A stretch of 64,000 nucleotides of DNA from an uncultured virus (IMG/VR IMGVR_UViG_3300002307_000047). Lineage: Duplodnaviria; Heunggongvirae; Uroviricota; Caudoviricetes. The stretch lies in the IMG/VR virus record IMGVR_UViG_3300002307_000047, positions 1 through 64,000 of that record; one strand, written 5' to 3'. Shown piece by piece: positions 18,656 through 29,000 of this stretch (the stretch's first letter is position 1; each line of letters begins with the position of its first letter). Position numbers and translations under genes: made by a program. Below the pieces are notes generated by a model, which saw nothing but the letters and a program-made list of their open reading frames with translations, was not told the origin of the DNA and searched no databases.

Positions 18656-20095
18656 ATGAAAAAATTTAAATCTCTGATAGCGTTCCTTCTCATAGGAGTT
18701 CTGTCCGTTTTTGGCTCAGGCTCTAACACCGTGTACGGTCAAGGCCCAATCGTGTCTAACCCGTCAGCAACATCCACAAGCGTCACAGACCCGTGGGTAT
18801 CCTCTCTGACAATCCACATGCCCGAATACAAAAGGAAGCTCTACAAGCGTTTCCTTGGTCAAAATGACACCCTTTTCTCTACGCTCGATCTCATGGGCTA
18901 TAGCTCAGGATACGATGGCGTAGCGCAAACTAACTTTGGTCACTGGGAAGAAGGCTACGAAGTGGAAACTATCACTTCGCTTAACTCGGTAGCAGACCCC
19001 GGCGCAGGTAACACAATCTCTATCCTCGTAGACCCCGCAACTGTGGATGCACAAAGCGGTACAATCTACGCACAGGTAAAGGATGATGTGCTATTCCCTA
19101 CTGGTGTAGGTACTGTAAAAGGTAAGATTACTGCAATTACAGGTACAACTCCCAACTTTACTGTGGTAATCACTCCGCATGATACCACTATTACACTCGG
19201 CGCAGTACCCGCAGGACAACAACTATATATCTACTCAAACGGTATGCTTGAGGCTGATTCTAGCCGTCAGAGCCGTATCAGTAAGCCTACACTGTTTAAC
19301 TTCGGTGCAAAGATACTTTGGGAGTCATTTAGCTTCTCAGGAACTGAGTCTACCAACCAAATATGGTTCGATGTGAACGGCAAACAGTGCTATGTTTACA
19401 AAGGACAAGGTGAAATGGAAGCAAGACTGATGAGCGACATTGATGGTGCTGCATTTTGGGATGCTCCTATCAATAACGCTGCCCTCGTAGGCAACCGTAA
19501 CATGACAGGTCTGTGGAACTTCAATGCTACCGCAGGCAACACTCGCCAATACAATCAAGGTCTTTGGGGTATTCCTGATTACTACGCAATCACTAAGCAA
19601 CTGACTAAAACCTTTGGTGGCGATCAGTACCTTGGATTCTTTGCACTCGATCTGTACAATGAGAATGAGCAAGCCTTTGGTGATCTGTTCACAGGCAACC
19701 CGCTTATCTTCTCTAACTTTGATGGTACATTCAGAAATACAGAGGCTAAGAAACTTGATCTCGGCTTTGGCTCGGTGACAGTATCTAACAAGACCTTCAT
19801 GCTGAAATGCCTGAAAGAAATGTCTCACCCTAAGAAAGCAGGTGCGCCGGGTTACAACCTTGAGGGTATCGGTATGATTATGCCTAATGATCGTGCTAAG
19901 GATGCTAAGACAGGTGGCCTTATGCCTCACGTACAGTTCAGGGCTAAACAACTGGACGGTGTGAATCGCAAGATCGTAATGTCTAAGAGGGACTTCGGTA
20001 TCACTGGAACTGACCAAACTAAATTCGATGTACTCTCTGAACAGGGTATCGAGATATTTGGCATTAACCGTTTCATGGCAGTATCACGTAACTAA
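18656..20095 (+). CDS. major capsid protein with an N-terminal signal-peptide-like extension
   Basis: Motifs of crAss-like/Flavobacteriales podovirus capsids (GHWEEG, FSFSGTESTNQIWF, LDLGF, PHVQFRA, FDVLSEQG...NRF); follows scaffold; strong terminator after it. Confidence 0.85.
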   Translation: MKKFKSLIAFLLIGVLSVFGSGSNTVYGQGPIVSNPSATSTSVTDPWVSSLTIHMPEYKRKLYKRFLGQNDTLFSTLDLMGYSSGYDGVAQTNFGHWEEGYEVETITSLNSVADPGAGNTISILVDPATVDAQSGTIYAQVKDDVLFPTGVGTVKGKITAITGTTPNFTVVITPHDTTITLGAVPAGQQLYIYSNGMLEADSSRQSRISKPTLFNFGAKILWESFSFSGTESTNQIWFDVNGKQCYVYKGQGEMEARLMSDIDGAAFWDAPINNAALVGNRNMTGLWNFNATAGNTRQYNQGLWGIPDYYAITKQLTKTFGGDQYLGFFALDLYNENEQAFGDLFTGNPLIFSNFDGTFRNTEAKKLDLGFGSVTVSNKTFMLKCLKEMSHPKKAGAPGYNLEGIGMIMPNDRAKDAKTGGLMPHVQFRAKQLDGVNRKIVMSKRDFGITGTDQTKFDVLSEQGIEIFGINRFMAVSRN

Positions 20096-20110
20096 TCAAT
20101 AAATAACAGG

Positions 20111-20139
20111 CAGGGGCAGTTAATTCTGTCCCTGTTTTT
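20111..20139 (+). terminator. intrinsic terminator after the capsid gene
   Basis: CAGGGGCAG-loop-CTGTCCCTG then TTTTT. Confidence 0.8.
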
Positions 20140-20161
20140 ACAAACCAAAAACAAGAAACAA

Positions 20162-21046
20162 ATGGCTATTTATAAAAACAATGTAGTGTGGGAGGGGTGG
20201 AAAGACACAGACCTTGCAAAAGAACTCGATGTAAAAAAACCTATCGTCTACAAACTAGCGCCACACCACAAGTCGAAAGAAGTAATCGAAAAGGGTAACG
20301 TTCGTGTAGAAATAGACAAGTACCCGCATAGTTTCGCTGTGAGTTGCAGCGAGAGATATTTGGACAAGGACGGAGAAGGATGCGTTATCACCTATGCAAA
20401 CACAATGTTTGAGAGGGGTGGCAACAACTACTACGAGCCATCTGAGATCATGTTTACGGGTGGTGAGCATATCGTACCCGCCGGAGCAAAAGACAAGGCA
20501 TGGTTCATGGCAATCTCTAAGGCTAATATGGCTAATGGGGTGTCGGGAACATTCTTTGAGTATGATATTGATAAGGAGAAGAAGAAAGAGGCGGCTACTA
20601 AAAAAGCTCATTCTGAGGTCGTTTATCTTATCACTAACACAATGACCGATGCAGAAGTAGTAGACATGAATACACGCCTGTATAAAGGCACGACTACAAA
20701 CCCTGATGATGCACGTAAGGCTCTTGAGGTAATCGCCACATCCGATCCTAAGAAGAAAGATGGTGTTGGCCCCGAGAAGTTCAAAAAGGCATTCCTAGAC
20801 GAAATAAGGACATCCAAAAAACTCATCATAGAGGCACAGCGTCAAAAGATCATAAACGACTACAAGACCGAACAGGCTTGGTTTTGGCTCAAGGGGGATG
20901 AAAGCAAAGGACTCAAAATATGTGACTTCGCGAAGGGTTCAGACCCAATCGAGGCACTTGTAAAACACATCGACAAAAATCCGGGTGTGCTTGAGAAGAT
21001 CACATCAGACCTTGAAGCAATAAAAGAACTAGAAACAGCATCATAA
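20162..21046 (+). CDS. hypothetical protein following the capsid gene
   Basis: 294-aa ORF in the head module. Confidence 0.7.
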   Translation: MAIYKNNVVWEGWKDTDLAKELDVKKPIVYKLAPHHKSKEVIEKGNVRVEIDKYPHSFAVSCSERYLDKDGEGCVITYANTMFERGGNNYYEPSEIMFTGGEHIVPAGAKDKAWFMAISKANMANGVSGTFFEYDIDKEKKKEAATKKAHSEVVYLITNTMTDAEVVDMNTRLYKGTTTNPDDARKALEVIATSDPKKKDGVGPEKFKKAFLDEIRTSKKLIIEAQRQKIINDYKTEQAWFWLKGDESKGLKICDFAKGSDPIEALVKHIDKNPGVLEKITSDLEAIKELETAS

Positions 21047-21056
21047 AAAATAATAA

Positions 21057-22733
21057 ATGACTCCTACAATTTTAGCGGCAGCATTAAATTTAAACGTGGC
21101 TTTCGCGGTAGGGGGAGTTTCACAGACACTATCGTATGCCATTACGGTTAATCCCGTAACTGCTCCGCAAGATAGCCAACACGTCTTGTCGCTGATACTT
21201 AAAATCGTGTCACCGTCAGGATTTGTTATGTATAAAAACACAGGATGGGATACATCAAACTTTGGTAGCCCTGATTCTCTTACTGGTACTGAGACATTGC
21301 CGCCAGTAACGGGCACATCAACACCTGAAAGCGGCGTGTATGTAGTGAATATACAGGCCAAGTATGTAGACAGCACATCAACACCTGTAACAACCTTGGC
21401 GACAAGGATATTTTCAACGGAAAGCCTTTGTATAGACTGCCTGCCTGTTGTATCATTGCTACCTACTACTAATTGCAGTGTTCCTTCGCTAATAGTGCAG
21501 GATACTACCAATTATTCCCTGTCAGGGTACACCACGGGGGCGATAGTAAGAAATTACAGTGCTACACCGCCCTCTGGTAGTGGTCAGCCTGACGCGACAT
21601 CTTCTACCGAAATATTAGCTATTGACAATCAGAATGCAAATGGCGTTCTGTGGAATGGCTTGTATGTTGTAGGATTTAGCGGGTCGGCGATATATACTCG
21701 TGGCAATACTACGATCACTCAGACAACTGCCACTAGCCAAAATGTCTCTGTCGGCTGTGCTGATACAATCTGCATTCTCCAATGCACTATTGAAGACCTG
21801 AGTGCAAGATACCAAAGCGCAGTGCTAAGCAATCCACCGACCGCTCCTGCTATATTCATGCAACTCACATACGCGGGTGCAATGATGGCAGCGGCAATGA
21901 ATGCGGTAAACTGTGGTGACGACTATCAAGAGTATATCGACACCTTCTATGAGGTCACCAAAATTGACTACAAGTGTGAATCGTGTGGAGGTTCAGCTCC
22001 AACTGGCCCTGTGCAACCTATCGGTGCGCCACAAAGAGGGCCAGCGGGAACAAATGGTACTAATGGAACTCAATGGAGACATGGAACTACTGTGCCATCT
22101 AATACGCTTGGCGCAGATGGCGACTACTACATTGACACGACAACATCTAACTACTACCTAAGAGTTTCGGGTGTATATGTGCTGCAAGGTGCATTTACGG
22201 GCACTAACGGTACTAATGGATCGTCTTTACTATGGCCTCCTAATGTGCTTCCGCAATATACGTGGGATGGCGCATCGGGGTCTACTGGTAATAGCTATGT
22301 AAGCAACACAATACCCGCTAATAAATTGTCAGTAAATGGTGATTCTATTGAGTTTACCATAAACACCCTAACACCCGCCAAAAATCATGGCTTTATAGAA
22401 ATGGCTATTGGCAATGTAGGTGGCTCTCCTACGGCAATAAACATCCCTATTCAAGGTGGTGTTTCTGCCAATACTGCATATTGTGTGTCAAAAGTATATG
22501 TTCAGTATATTGGAAGTAACCTTATTCAGGTAGATGTCAAGCAACAATATTTTGTACCATCAAGTACAATTGCTGTGGGATGGCAGCAGGAATACGAATT
22601 TAACTATGATACTTCTTCGGCATTCCAATATGCCTATAATCCTACCGTAGATGGGGTTTTTGTGCTTTATTTCTCTAACGCAACGGCGGCTTGTGGCGTA
22701 TCATTCATCGAAGCAGTACTTAAAAAGATATAA
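21057..22733 (+). CDS. virion fibre/adaptor-like structural protein
   Basis: Thr/Ser-rich beta domains, Cys-rich linker, short collagen-like GTNGTNG repeats, fibre motif PSNTLGADGDYYIDT. Confidence 0.65.
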   Translation: MTPTILAAALNLNVAFAVGGVSQTLSYAITVNPVTAPQDSQHVLSLILKIVSPSGFVMYKNTGWDTSNFGSPDSLTGTETLPPVTGTSTPESGVYVVNIQAKYVDSTSTPVTTLATRIFSTESLCIDCLPVVSLLPTTNCSVPSLIVQDTTNYSLSGYTTGAIVRNYSATPPSGSGQPDATSSTEILAIDNQNANGVLWNGLYVVGFSGSAIYTRGNTTITQTTATSQNVSVGCADTICILQCTIEDLSARYQSAVLSNPPTAPAIFMQLTYAGAMMAAAMNAVNCGDDYQEYIDTFYEVTKIDYKCESCGGSAPTGPVQPIGAPQRGPAGTNGTNGTQWRHGTTVPSNTLGADGDYYIDTTTSNYYLRVSGVYVLQGAFTGTNGTNGSSLLWPPNVLPQYTWDGASGSTGNSYVSNTIPANKLSVNGDSIEFTINTLTPAKNHGFIEMAIGNVGGSPTAINIPIQGGVSANTAYCVSKVYVQYIGSNLIQVDVKQQYFVPSSTIAVGWQQEYEFNYDTSSAFQYAYNPTVDGVFVLYFSNATAACGVSFIEAVLKKI

Positions 22734-23756
22734 ATGAAAAAGTTTTTAATAGCCCTGATATTTTCAATATTCGCCTTATCGGTATCGGCAACTAACACGG
22801 TAGGAATAGATACACTTGCACTGCCTCGTAGTGGTGCAGTATATATCTATGCAAGCAATCCTAGTGCGCTATATCTCATAAAGGGTAACGACTCGCTTAC
22901 GGGCAATGTAAGCTATATGTTTTCGGGTACCCCATTGATGGGATCGCAAATTACCCTTTGGTTTAACAATACTACGATGATTGGTATTGATAGGAAAATA
23001 TACATATTAGGCGTGGATTACACCTCTATTTTATTGGGTACAAATAACGTATTTGTCACTTGCACCTATAATGGATCAGCATGGACAGTAAATAGTGTAA
23101 ACGCTACGACTCTCGCATATCTATCTGATTATGTGACTCAGGAACAGTTCTCGGACGCGCTAGGAGGGTTAGAAGATACGGCGAGTCTTACCTCCCGACT
23201 ATCTAACTATGCGCTACTTAGTGGGGCTACATTCGCATCTTTGAATGCGCCAGTACAAGCGAACTCTGATAGTTCAACAAAAGTGCAGACTACGGCAGGC
23301 AGCAAAAGGCTGATTCAGGCGGCAATATCCCCATTAGCAACAACCACATATGTAAATTCATCTATTACAAGCTCTATATCAACTGCAACATCTTCAATCA
23401 CAGCAGCGTATACAGCTGCCATCACAGCAAACAATCAGACATTTCAAAACCTGCAATCACTAGATACGCTTGCAGCAGGCACAATAAGCCTCACTACATT
23501 TGTCGGTGATGTATATAATAAGATAGAGCCAACAGTAATTACGGGCAATATCATTCTTACCTCGGGTGTGTTGCCTGCGGGTTCTGTTTCTACTATTGTC
23601 ATAGAGCTACCATCATCAGGCGCATATACTGTAACTGCGGGAGCAAATATGAATTTCTCTACAATTACAGGATCAAATACGCATACAGCGGTATTGACGC
23701 TCACATGGAGTAATAAGCAGCAACGTTACAATCAGCAATCATTTTCACAAAACTAA
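22734..23756 (+). CDS. fibre-like protein with Sec signal peptide
   Basis: MKKFLIALIFSIFALSVSA; fibre-like SDSSTKVQTTA and ATTTYV motifs. Confidence 0.6.
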   Translation: MKKFLIALIFSIFALSVSATNTVGIDTLALPRSGAVYIYASNPSALYLIKGNDSLTGNVSYMFSGTPLMGSQITLWFNNTTMIGIDRKIYILGVDYTSILLGTNNVFVTCTYNGSAWTVNSVNATTLAYLSDYVTQEQFSDALGGLEDTASLTSRLSNYALLSGATFASLNAPVQANSDSSTKVQTTAGSKRLIQAAISPLATTTYVNSSITSSISTATSSITAAYTAAITANNQTFQNLQSLDTLAAGTISLTTFVGDVYNKIEPTVITGNIILTSGVLPAGSVSTIVIELPSSGAYTVTAGANMNFSTITGSNTHTAVLTLTWSNKQQRYNQQSFSQN

Positions 23757-23759
23757 GCA

Positions 23760-24464
23760 TTGACAGTTGACGACATATATCAAACAGTGGGCTTCTTTGC
23801 AAGAAAATACCAATCGGGTGCAATATCCGGCGTTGAGTTTAATCTTACATTAGTAGCTGCTAATATCAAATACTATAAAAAGTATCTTGGTATCCCCGAA
23901 AATATTGTCATAGGGTCACCCAACCCCGCTCTTTGTTGGCAGATAGGCAATTCTGTAAGCGACCGCATGAGGCAGTTTGTCAAGTACGAGCAACCCATAT
24001 CTCAGAATCCAATTACAGAGTTTTTCAACTATCCAACCGACTATGTAGGATTCAGCTCTATGAGGTTCCCATATACATACGTCAAGAACTGCAAGACTAC
24101 CCTTATTAAAAGGCGTATCGAAATGGTATCTGACGGAGAAATGACAGATAGGCTTGAGGCCTCTTTGACCCCACCGACCCTACGCCGCCCTGTTTCAACA
24201 TGGGCAGATACGGGATTTGTAGTAGAGCCTAGGACAGTTAATAATATCCTACTCACATACCTTCGTGAAGCAAGAACACCTGTTTGGGCTTTTACTGTAG
24301 TCAATGATGAGGAAGTTTACGATCCTGCAAATAGTGTGCAATTTGAGTATCCATCCATATGCGACATTGATTTGTGTATGCTGATGCTTGAAATGTGGGG
24401 CATATCAGTACAGGATGAGGAAGTAGTGCAATATGCGATGAACAAAAATAAAACAGGCTCCTAA
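23760..24464 (+). CDS. head-tail ring/adaptor protein
   Basis: TTG start; YPTDY, LTYLR, YDPANSVQFE resemble crAss-like ring proteins; position. Confidence 0.6.
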   Translation: MTVDDIYQTVGFFARKYQSGAISGVEFNLTLVAANIKYYKKYLGIPENIVIGSPNPALCWQIGNSVSDRMRQFVKYEQPISQNPITEFFNYPTDYVGFSSMRFPYTYVKNCKTTLIKRRIEMVSDGEMTDRLEASLTPPTLRRPVSTWADTGFVVEPRTVNNILLTYLREARTPVWAFTVVNDEEVYDPANSVQFEYPSICDIDLCMLMLEMWGISVQDEEVVQYAMNKNKTGS

Positions 24465-25081
24465 TGAACATACAGCAGTTTTGTGAGATGGTTCAGCAGA
24501 TGCTTGGTTATTTTGACCAAGATACGAAACTCGATGATCGTGCCATCCTTGCTGTGGCAGATGGATTCAGAGGTCAGGTATTAGGCAAAAGGTATCGGGA
24601 TGATGGCCATTTACCATCGGGGGACTATATCAGAACATACGGTAGCGAGCCAAATGAAAGAATAGTGCTGTTTGATGATGTGGCGGGTTCTCCGTTGAAA
24701 TATTTTGATCTGCCAGTGACTATAGCAAACATGAGCGGTGATGCCGCCATAAGGTCAATCTCTAATCTAATCTATCCTTATGTGGGATGGAAAAGATTAT
24801 CTCAGGGTGAAATAGAAAATTTCTCCACAGGCGAAATGACGCAGTTTGGTGGCAAGACGGCGTATTGGCTAGAGGGACAAAGAGTTTGGGCTGTAAATGT
24901 CCCTATTGGGCAAAATGAGGTATTATTAAAGTGTGTGCCATGCCTGACTGAGCTTGATGCTGACGATGAGGTATTAGGCAACTCTGAAATCGAAGGAATA
25001 ATAAGGGATATGACAGTAGCGGCGTTACGTGAACAGAAATTAACACCACAACCGCAGGTAAATAGTCCTAAAAGCAATTAA
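24464..25081 (+). CDS. tail ring / structural protein
   Basis: Position between adaptor and muzzle; coupled start. Confidence 0.5.
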   Translation: MNIQQFCEMVQQMLGYFDQDTKLDDRAILAVADGFRGQVLGKRYRDDGHLPSGDYIRTYGSEPNERIVLFDDVAGSPLKYFDLPVTIANMSGDAAIRSISNLIYPYVGWKRLSQGEIENFSTGEMTQFGGKTAYWLEGQRVWAVNVPIGQNEVLLKCVPCLTELDADDEVLGNSEIEGIIRDMTVAALREQKLTPQPQVNSPKSN

Positions 25082-25083
25082 TA

Positions 25084-25914
25084 ATGCAACCATTTGAGGT
25101 AAAAGATTTATGGCATGTAGTGAATAAGGTGAAGCGAAATCTTCAACTTGACACCACTATGTATGACTTGCAGTTTTATGACTATGCCATAGATGGATTC
25201 CGAGAGTTGACGCAGGCGGGATTGAATAAGCCACTGACTTTTAAAACTATTAGGCTTGAACTGACTATTGGCGCAGATGGCAAAGGTCGCGCACCACTCC
25301 CGTTAGATTATGTTCGCTATTTGAAGATAGGTGCTTTCTGCAATGGTAAACTGATAAACTTTGACCTCAACGAAGACATAAGTACATATAAAAATCAATG
25401 TCCATGCACTACGGATGAAATAAATACATGCTGTGGGCAAGGTGAATACTACGATGGCTTGGGGCTATTCGGCGGTGCATTTTGGCAATGGCAATGGTAC
25501 TATGGTGGCTACTTTCATAACGGGCAGTCCGTCGGCGGCGTATATGGTGCAGGGGCGGGATTCTCGCATGGGGGATTCAACATTGATACCGAGCATAATG
25601 AAATCGTATTTGAAAGATGCACCGACCACTTCAAGGAAATACTCATGGAGTATGATTCTGATGGTGGATTGAATACGGGCGTGAATGTAATTGTAGATAC
25701 TCAGATTGAGCTTACTTTAAGAAAGTATGTACACATGGAACGTGTGAATTACATGATGGAGAAAGATGCCTCACTGAGGGGATATGTGCATCGGACTAGG
25801 ACGAAAGATTTTGAGGATGCTGTACATAGATTGCTTGGTAGGGTTAATAGCTATACGCACAGTGAGTTTTTGCAAATGTATCGTGGTACTGTTAGGCAGA
25901 CAGTAAAAAGGTAG
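25084..25914 (+). CDS. tail ring / structural protein
   Basis: LPLDYVRY and LMEYDSDG motifs typical of ring proteins in this phage group. Confidence 0.55.
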   Translation: MQPFEVKDLWHVVNKVKRNLQLDTTMYDLQFYDYAIDGFRELTQAGLNKPLTFKTIRLELTIGADGKGRAPLPLDYVRYLKIGAFCNGKLINFDLNEDISTYKNQCPCTTDEINTCCGQGEYYDGLGLFGGAFWQWQWYYGGYFHNGQSVGGVYGAGAGFSHGGFNIDTEHNEIVFERCTDHFKEILMEYDSDGGLNTGVNVIVDTQIELTLRKYVHMERVNYMMEKDASLRGYVHRTRTKDFEDAVHRLLGRVNSYTHSEFLQMYRGTVRQTVKR

Positions 25915-26004
25915 ACTACAATGAAAATAAAGAGAAAAATAAAGGCGGGAACTTATATTATAAGAGCAGCAACTGTTTTGTGTAGTTTTGATAAAAAATA
26001 ATAC

Positions 26005-29000
26005 ATGGGTCACCCCGTTCAGAAAATTATCCCTATCGGTGGAATTGATTTTGATTCTGCTGACACAGAAATAAGCTCCAAAGAGGGCGATTTTAGATTT
26101 GCGGTAAACCTAAGAAATTCATGGTCTTATGAGGGTACAGAGAAAGTACTAAGTCCCATCAAAGGAAACATACAAGTCCCTTTCGATCTCGGCACAGTGC
26201 GCCACCAAGACATAGGATCAATCAATGACGAAGAAGATAGCAGTGTGTACTACATGCTGTGGGCTGCTGACAATAACCATAAGATACTCCACTATACGCC
26301 ACATAATACAAGTGTGGCTAACCCATACGGCACGATTCAACTCATCGCTACTTTTGATTGGGGGTGGCTGCAAAACACGCTTATCACCTCCATTGATATA
26401 GTCAATGGTAAGCAGGGTAAAATGATGTATTGGGTAGATAACGTGAAGGGCAGAAAAATAAATCTGACTAAAGCCGATCTGACCAATAAATACAAGTCAT
26501 GGATTACTTATCTGCCTAAATCATTTAGCTTTTATCAGGCATTTTTCTTTTTCAATATCATAGATATAGTCACTGGTGCTACAATACACACACTGACTAT
26601 TGACAGCAATGCACAGACATTTACAACTAATGCTGAGTTGTTGGCTTTTTTTGCATCCGCAATAAATGCCGACCCCACTACAAGCCAATATGTAACTGCT
26701 GAGGCATGTGATTGTAAACTGAACATCGTAGAAAAGTGGGTGAATAAAGTAAATATCCTATTCTTTGGCACTCAGATATTGACTATACCCGACAACTGGT
26801 ATGGCGCAACCCTTACAGATCGAATTACAGACGAGTGTAAGTACCCGCCGATACTATCACCGCTGAATACATTTGACATTGACGCGACTAAGCCATTCAA
26901 CAATATCAAAAATCAGATATTCCAATTTAGGTTGCAGTATTTCTACGATGATTTTGAACCATCTGCTCTAGGCCCAATAAGCCAAGTTCCGATCAACGAG
27001 ACAGTAAATGATGGCTTGCAGATACAATCATATAACCTACTGCATATAGATTTTAATGACACGCAACTTGTGCCTAATCTCGGTCTTATTAGAAAGGTTG
27101 CTGTGCTTGCCAAATCCAATGCTAATGGCAACGTTGGTAAATGGAAACAGGTAGCATTGCTTGACATCTGCGATTTCTATGACTATGCCAATGGGCAGCG
27201 TATCGGGAATTATGACTTTTACAATAATACCATAGCGAACGTCATTGATGATGCTTTAGCGAACAAAGAGTATGATGATGTGCCGATTCATAATGATTCT
27301 CAGGTATTCACGTCAAACCACATGGTCAAGGCGGGGATTACTGAGAATTATGATCCTGTGGAATGCGTGGATATAGCGGTTAGTCATACCTTCCAAGACG
27401 GCAACGAAACATTCTTTAATGTTACAGGAGATATTTCTATTTTTCACCTGCCGCCGCCATCTGTTTCGCATGGTGCCGTTTTTACCCCGATAGACCCCGA
27501 CGATCAAAGAGGGGTTATTTGGAAAGTCCCTCCCCAAGACCCTTCTTCTCCTAAGATATACGAGCAATATCCTCAGTGGGGTGGTATCCCTCCCGCATAT
27601 TTGCAAGGAGGATCAAATCCTGCAAGGCTCCCCGATCCATCCAAAAATCTAAATCAATTACTTCCGCTGGGGGGCTTTCTTTCATATATAGCTGGGACTG
27701 ATAATTGGACAGTATCAAAGCAAATAATCACAGAAGGTTCTAATCCAACGGATACCCCAATATCAAGTTTGGCTTTTGATAACGTATATCAAAACGTACT
27801 AGAAGCAACTAATACACAAACCATTGCGACATACTTTAACAATCCGGGTACAGATGGCAATAATGTAACCCATAGATTTAGTTTTAGACTAAAGCCCGGT
27901 GATTATATTTGCCGACTAGCATCGCATTGGGTATCTTTTGGTGACGTGCTTGATAAAGGCCCAATGTATGATTTGAATAACGGAAGAGAGTATCAGACGA
28001 CATCTACATTTGTCTATACAATTGATGATGCCACAACGGGCAGGTCAAACATATTTGATGTAAAAGAAATACGTTTTACTGTCACCAACTCTGATATTTA
28101 TATAGGCAGATTCAATGTAGAGGATTGTAGGTCTTTTTATCCCGAAGATGATGTACAAAGACCTATTAATGATTTTGAAACACTTAACTGCTCTACATCG
28201 GGTTATCTTGTAGATGCGTCAACCACCGGCGTAAATCCGAGCACATTAAGCGGCGCACCAAGAGTCGAAGGGCAAGGCATTTATCTTGCTGGATTTGGTA
28301 CAAACCCAATTCAATTTTATCCGGGATTTATACCTTCTCCATCACCCACACCAGCAACAAGGACTGCTCCTGTTATAGCATATCCAACATGCTCTGTAAC
28401 GGATCATAATGGATTTTTTTATACATCTTGGAATTGGTATTTTCAGGATTTATCAGGGAACAATAGTAATAACAATATAATTGAGCCTTATATACAGAGC
28501 CAATTTATTTGGCAGTTTGCAAATAACCTTACAAATCTTGTAGCGGGTGGGCCAAATAATGTATTTCTTCCTACTAACGGATACGTTGGGTATTTTTCGA
28601 ATATATATGACTCTCAGGAAAATAGACCATACATCAGTGAATCTATACTAAAAGATTTGGTAAATGGAACCTTAACCCCTGCAAGAAGCAATGTTTTTGC
28701 TCAAAGTAGAGGATTTGGTGCCGTACAATCATCTTTTGATGGCGGCACTAATCGAAACTTCCAACGACCTGCGCCTAACGATGCAATCCAATTACTCGTA
28801 TATGTGTCAGGTACTAGCGTTATTCCAAATGAGTCAACATATATCGAAGGGCAACTAGAAGATTCTAATGGATTAGGTATTTCGGGCGGTATTGTCTTGT
28901 ATGGACAGACAGGGCGATTTGTAACTACGAATATAAATGGGGATTTCTCGATGCTTGTATATGCAAGAGCAACAGGATTTCTAGGGGCATCGGGGCAATT

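Noticed and set aside
12825..20095. Introns or inteins in terminase, portal or capsid
   Set aside because: Frames are continuous, sizes are normal for this group, and no intein splice motifs or homing nuclease are evident
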